Positions 60,086 through 64,000 of a stretch of 64,000 nucleotides of DNA are shown piece by piece (within the stretch, counting starts at the first letter, position 1; each line of letters opens with the position of its first letter). The notes beneath the pieces are model-generated. The model saw only the letters and a list, made by a program, of their open reading frames with translations. It was not told the origin of the DNA and searched no databases. Both the position numbers and the translations under genes were made by a program. Location: the NCBI GenBank assembly GCA_902592345.1, contig CACJEE010000003.1:2312-66311 (forward strand), read 5' to 3'. Source of the stretch: an uncultured Alphaproteobacteria bacterium. Its GTDB lineage: Bacteria > Pseudomonadota > Alphaproteobacteria > HIMB59 > GCA-002718135.

Positions 60086-61913
60086 CTATATGATAAAGAG
60101 GGGCTTTCTCCATTGTAAATTTACCTGTTTTAGGATCTCTTCTAGATACTGTTAAGCAATGCCAATTTTCATCATCCAATTTCATATGATCACCTCGATA
60201 ATAATATCCAGGCCATCTTGTTTCTTCACGGAAAAGTGTATGTTCAGCAACACATTGAGAAGTTAGGGTACGATGCTTTAATTCCCAAGCACGCATAAGT
60301 TGATGATAGTCTTCAGCTCCTATGTTCTCAAGATCTTCTTGCAGAATGCCTAAGAGTTCAATTCCTCTTTTAAGCAAATTATCATTCGTCATATAATTAA
60401 CACCAACACCGCCTACATATTCATCCATTATTTTTTGAAGACGCTGAAGTCCTTGTATTGGTAAAATATAACTTGGTGACACTGTACCTCCAGTTATTTC
60501 ATTTCTTCCTACTTGATAATTTTCTAGAGGTTTATAAATAATTTCTTTAAAATTATTACACTGTTCGTCATTAACTTCAATTTCTTCATCACCTAGATCT
60601 TCTATATATTTAACTGCTGCTTTGGCTGCTAATCGACCTTCCGTAAAAGATCCCGAAGAAAATTTATGTGCACTTCCACCAACAGTATCACCTGCACCAA
60701 AAAGTCCATCTACGGTAAGCATTCTGTTATATCCCCAATAATATTCTGGAGGAGATAAATCTTCAGGCCCACTTACCCACGCTCCTGAGCATGTTGCATG
60801 TGAACCCATAACATAAGGTTCAGAGGTAGTTAATTCAGGATTAGTATATTTTGGATCAATATCTTGAGAAGCCCAAACCACTGCTTGACCAACAGTCATG
60901 CCTAGGAAATTTTCCCAACCAATAATTTCTAAATGTGGATCTTGAAAGGCTTCTGTTGTAACCATATGTATAGGTCCACCACCAGCTTTAACCTCTTCAA
61001 TAAAAGCATGATTTCTTAAACATGTAGGTACTGGTACGTGATCGATGTATTCACCAACTAACTCCTTAGTTTTATCATACCATTTTTTCTCATAATTTTC
61101 GCCATTAGCATTTTGAGTATATGTCTTCAGATGAAGGAAATAAGCACCTACTGGACCGTAACCATCTTTAAATCTTGTTAAAACAATTCTATTTTCCATT
61201 TGAGTCATTTTTGCACCAACAGCAATAGGTAAAGCATAAGCAGATCCATTACTCCAGGGAGCATACCATGTTCTACCCATACCTTCGCCAACTGCACGTG
61301 GTTTAAAAATATGTGATGCGCCACCAGCAGCTACTATTACTGCTTTAGCTCTAAAGACATGAAAGTTTCCAGTACGCATATTAAAACCAACAGCACCACC
61401 AACCCTGTTTTCTTTACTCTCATCCATTAGAAGGTGCGTAATCATTATTCTGTTGTAAATTTTATCAGCTGATTTTTTTGCTGCTTCTGCTACGATAGGC
61501 TTATAACTTTCTCCATGGATCATAATTTGCCACTTACCTTCTCTTAAATAGCGTCCTGTTTTTTCATTACGCATCATTGGTAAGCCCCATTCATCAAACA
61601 TATGAACAGTAGAGTCGACGTGACGTGCCATATCGTAACCAAGATCTTCACGAACTATTCCCATTAAGTCATTTCTAGCATAACGAACATGATCCTCTGG
61701 TTGATTTTCATCCCACTGCATACCCATATAACAATTGATCGCATACAAACCTTGCGCTACGGCACCACTTCTATCTATGTTAGCTTTTTCTACACAAATT
61801 ATTTTTAAATCTCTACCCCAGTGTCTTGCTTCAAATGCAGCTCCAGTTCCTGCCATTCCTCCACCTACTACGAGGACATCACATTTTTCATAAACTGTTT
61901 TTATTTTAGCCAT
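60054..61913 (-). CDS. aprA: Adenylylsulfate (APS) reductase alpha subunit
   Basis: FAD fold 'VLVVGGGMAGTGAA'. Length, sequence character and its pairing with a 2x[4Fe-4S] beta subunit are typical of AprA. Confidence 0.9.
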   Translation of the reverse strand: MAKIKTVYEKCDVLVVGGGMAGTGAAFEARHWGRDLKIICVEKANIDRSGAVAQGLYAINCYMGMQWDENQPEDHVRYARNDLMGIVREDLGYDMARHVDSTVHMFDEWGLPMMRNEKTGRYLREGKWQIMIHGESYKPIVAEAAKKSADKIYNRIMITHLLMDESKENRVGGAVGFNMRTGNFHVFRAKAVIVAAGGASHIFKPRAVGEGMGRTWYAPWSNGSAYALPIAVGAKMTQMENRIVLTRFKDGYGPVGAYFLHLKTYTQNANGENYEKKWYDKTKELVGEYIDHVPVPTCLRNHAFIEEVKAGGGPIHMVTTEAFQDPHLEIIGWENFLGMTVGQAVVWASQDIDPKYTNPELTTSEPYVMGSHATCSGAWVSGPEDLSPPEYYWGYNRMLTVDGLFGAGDTVGGSAHKFSSGSFTEGRLAAKAAVKYIEDLGDEEIEVNDEQCNNFKEIIYKPLENYQVGRNEITGGTVSPSYILPIQGLQRLQKIMDEYVGGVGVNYMTNDNLLKRGIELLGILQEDLENIGAEDYHQLMRAWELKHRTLTSQCVAEHTLFREETRWPGYYYRGDHMKLDDENWHCLTVSRRDPKTGKFTMEKAPLYHIVDEKEENESA

Positions 61914-62383
61914 TAATAATAAACACCCTGTTTGAATTTACTTTTATTTATTTTTGGCAGACCTGTATCAACATTAAGGCCATTTGGTTCTGAATATAGA
62001 AGTTGAGAATTTTTTTCTTCATTTGTTGGTAATTCTTTTTCTGCTAGTTTTGGAATATACTCACCCCAAGGTTTAGTAGTAATTGGCGACACAAAGTTTT
62101 TTTCTGTCCCATTTCTAAACTTTATTCTCCATGAAATTGTTCCTTTTTCTTCTTCACGTAAAACTCTTACACTATGACCCATTGGAGCAAAGTCTGCATA
62201 ACCTCTTGCATCAATTGCTTCATTAGGGCAAGCTTTTACACATGAATAACATTCCCAACACATGTTGGGCTCAATATTAACGGCTCTACGAGTCGTTTTA
62301 TCAATATGCATTATATCGGAGGGACAAATATCAACGCAGTGTCCACATCCATCACATTTAGTCATATATACAAAAGTTGACAT
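61913..62383 (-). CDS. aprB: Adenylylsulfate reductase beta subunit
   Basis: 'CDGCGHCVDICP' and 'CWECYSCVKACP' ferredoxin motifs plus a C-terminal tail. Confidence 0.9.
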   Translation of the reverse strand: MSTFVYMTKCDGCGHCVDICPSDIMHIDKTTRRAVNIEPNMCWECYSCVKACPNEAIDARGYADFAPMGHSVRVLREEEKGTISWRIKFRNGTEKNFVSPITTKPWGEYIPKLAEKELPTNEEKNSQLLYSEPNGLNVDTGLPKINKSKFKQGVYY

Positions 62384-62424
62384 TTTATTTTTTCCTTTTT
62401 TTAATAATATTTTTCATAATATTT

Positions 62425-63309
62425 TTAATAATGTTTTGGTGATTCTCTTTTAATACCTAAACCAAATTGTTTAGGTTTATCTGAAGGTAGTGGAAGATTA
62501 TCTCTTGAACCATCAGCTTCTGCTAAATTTTTTTGGATTGCTGCGCCTGGTTTATAAAACATGTGCGCAAATTTAGACCAATATACTCCTCCAAATAAAA
62601 CTAAGTTAGATAAGCCAAACAAAGCTAAAAATAAGGTATCCCAAGTATTAATATTTGAGAATTGTAAAAAGGACCATACAAGAGCTAAAGTTGAAGTAAT
62701 AATAAGTGCTAACACAAATAAGTCAGCTTGAATGATGCGGTACCAAGGGAAAGCCTCTGCAGAAACATCTACTCTTAAAAAAAACCAAAACCAATACCCT
62801 CCAAGACAGGTCATTAATGCTCCTAAGTGCCATAAGACAGGCCAATAAGAAGGTGTGTTTATATTTGTCGAAGAATAAAAAAAGATCATAATAACAGAAG
62901 AGATCCAAAAAATAATCGTTCCGTACATACCTAGTAGATGAGCCACTCTTCTTTTTCCTGCACCTAATTCAGAAGTTGTCAGTATTTCATGAGCCACTGT
63001 TTTTAGAACTATAGATGTTTTTTCACCCGCACTAACTTCTCTTTTTGCCTGTAATTTAGCTTTTTTTGCATTCTGAAAAAAATATTTTACATTTTTTTTA
63101 TGGATTATATCAATAACTGTACCAATTATAACTAGGGAAATCATAACTATAACGAATAACTGCATTAAAATTGATGGCACACTTAAAGATAATTCCGCAA
63201 AAGGATTAGTTAAGATCATTCCCGATATTTCCCAAAATAAAATAATTATGTATATTAGTTTTTGTATGTTTCCATAGGTTCTTAAAGAATTTTTAACAAA
63301 ATGAAACAT
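62425..63309 (-). CDS. aprM: Putative APS reductase membrane anchor (AprM-like)
   Basis: Multi-TM protein directly upstream of aprBA. The assignment is by position and by my recollection of aprM-aprBA loci. The start codon is uncertain. Confidence 0.6.
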   Translation of the reverse strand: MFHFVKNSLRTYGNIQKLIYIIILFWEISGMILTNPFAELSLSVPSILMQLFVIVMISLVIIGTVIDIIHKKNVKYFFQNAKKAKLQAKREVSAGEKTSIVLKTVAHEILTTSELGAGKRRVAHLLGMYGTIIFWISSVIMIFFYSSTNINTPSYWPVLWHLGALMTCLGGYWFWFFLRVDVSAEAFPWYRIIQADLFVLALIITSTLALVWSFLQFSNINTWDTLFLALFGLSNLVLFGGVYWSKFAHMFYKPGAAIQKNLAEADGSRDNLPLPSDKPKQFGLGIKRESPKHY

Positions 63310-63350
63310 TTATTGCGTTAAAAAAATAAATATTTAATAACATTATAATT

Positions 63351-63845
63351 ATGAAAATATTGATATGTGGCTTACCTGGATCAGGCAAAACATGGTTATC
63401 TGAAAGGCTAGTAAAGCATTTGGATAACTGTGCTTGGTATAATGCTGATTTTGTTCGTAAATATGCCAATGATTGGGATTTCGAAATCGAAGGCAGAATG
63501 AGACAAGCAAATAGAATGAAGACATTTGCAGATTTTGAAAAAAAAAATGGAAGATGGGTTGTGTGTGACTTTGTAGCACCTACAGAGAAAGCAAGAAAAG
63601 CATTTGATGCTGATTATCTTATTTGGATGGATACTATTAAAGAAGGACGAGTAGTAACTGAAAAATTAAATCAACTTAATGAAATTAATAATCTTCCATT
63701 TGATGCACAATCTCTTTCTACTAGTAAGAAATTTGATGATACTACGAAAATGTTTGAAGAGCCAAGCAATATTAACCAGCACATAACGAGTTTTTTAAAT
63801 GATGATGAAATAAAATTGTTAGCTGAGAAAATTAAAAATGTTTGA
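63351..63845 (+). CDS. Adenylylsulfate kinase-like P-loop protein (divergent CysC)
   Basis: 'GLPGSGKT' P-loop. 'YNADFVRKY..DWDFEIEGRMRQANRM' and 'VVCDFVAP' parallel the APS kinase 'LDGDNVR..LGFS..DR.ENIRR' and 'FISP' motifs, but are degenerate. Confidence 0.6.
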   Translation: MKILICGLPGSGKTWLSERLVKHLDNCAWYNADFVRKYANDWDFEIEGRMRQANRMKTFADFEKKNGRWVVCDFVAPTEKARKAFDADYLIWMDTIKEGRVVTEKLNQLNEINNLPFDAQSLSTSKKFDDTTKMFEEPSNINQHITSFLNDDEIKLLAEKIKNV

Positions 63846-64000
63846 TTGGAAAAAACCTACTGTAGAGATGCTTGGACGTTGGCAGCCTTGGCATGATGGT
63901 CATACAGAATTATTTAAAAGAGCATTGCAAAAAACTGGACAGGTTTGCATTATGTACCGTGATGTAGGAGGAGCAGATGCTGGTGTAGAAGGCCAATCAG
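63838..64000 (+). CDS. HxGH nucleotidyltransferase-superfamily protein, 3'-partial
   Basis: 'GRWQPWHDGH' is a cytidylyltransferase/NMNAT-like signature. 8-nt overlap (ATGTTTGA) with the kinase-like gene. It runs off the window. Confidence 0.55.
   Translation, partial: MFDWKKPTVEMLGRWQPWHDGHTELFKRALQKTGQVCIMYRDVGGADAGVEGQS

Noticed and set aside
63349-63579. 76-aa minus-strand ORF opposite the APS-kinase-like gene.
   Set aside because: It is antisense to an ORF with a P-loop and kinase-like motifs, and it has no features of its own.
1-64000. Window-wide look for CRISPR arrays, rRNA, integrase/transposase/recombinase genes, toxin-antitoxin pairs or recognisable defense systems.
   Set aside because: None was found. 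There are no regularly spaced repeats, no long GC-rich rRNA-like stretches and no ORF with integrase, transposase, nuclease or ATPase-defense signatures. The only mobile-element-like signal is the tRNA fragment with the 23-bp direct repeats.

Overview
This is a very AT-rich, tightly packed alphaproteobacterial chromosome segment with about 75 genes. Intergenic spacers are short and many start/stop codons overlap by 1-14 nt. Gene content and order suggest a streamlined marine SAR11/Pelagibacterales-type genome; this is an inference from synteny and composition, since no search could be run. The conserved blocks are yejABEF; kdsB-pheA-ffs-dnaX-ybaB-recR-def-fmt-truA; dapE-dapD-argB-engB-yidC-yidD-rnpA-rpmH; petABC; ychF-pth-rplY-prs; lgt; proC; a MarR/OmpR/EnvZ-like triad; uvrC-pgsA-moaDE; xsc; and aprM-aprB-aprA. 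Most of the window is ordinary core genome. I found no integrase, transposase, CRISPR array, rRNA or intact tRNA. One ncRNA, the SRP RNA, sits upstream of dnaX.

The places that deserve a second look are:
1. An orphan tRNA-Ser(GGA)-like 3' fragment lies next to one copy of a perfect 23-bp direct repeat. The second copy lies 2.85 kb away. Together they bracket an extremely AT-rich two-gene cassette (a 600-aa polytopic membrane protein and a GNAT-like protein).
2. A methylated-osmolyte-type cluster contains a Rieske oxygenase, a 680-aa OYE/FAD flavoprotein, a DddP/creatinase-like M24 hydrolase and a CMD-family protein, with no reductase partner.
3. A sulfur module contains cysQ, an unknown 122-aa ORF overlapping the aprA 3' end, aprA, aprB, aprM, an APS-kinase-like protein and an HxGH nucleotidyltransferase. 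The sulfite-producing xsc lies 7 kb away.
4. dapE is split by a one-nucleotide frameshift at a 7-nt homopolymer.
5. dnaX carries an A11 run at the position where tau/gamma recoding occurs in other bacteria.
6. An overlapping pair of small ORFs is present, one of them below the ORF-track length cutoff.

All functional calls rest on motifs I can read in the translations and on remembered family signatures. None has been verified by a search.
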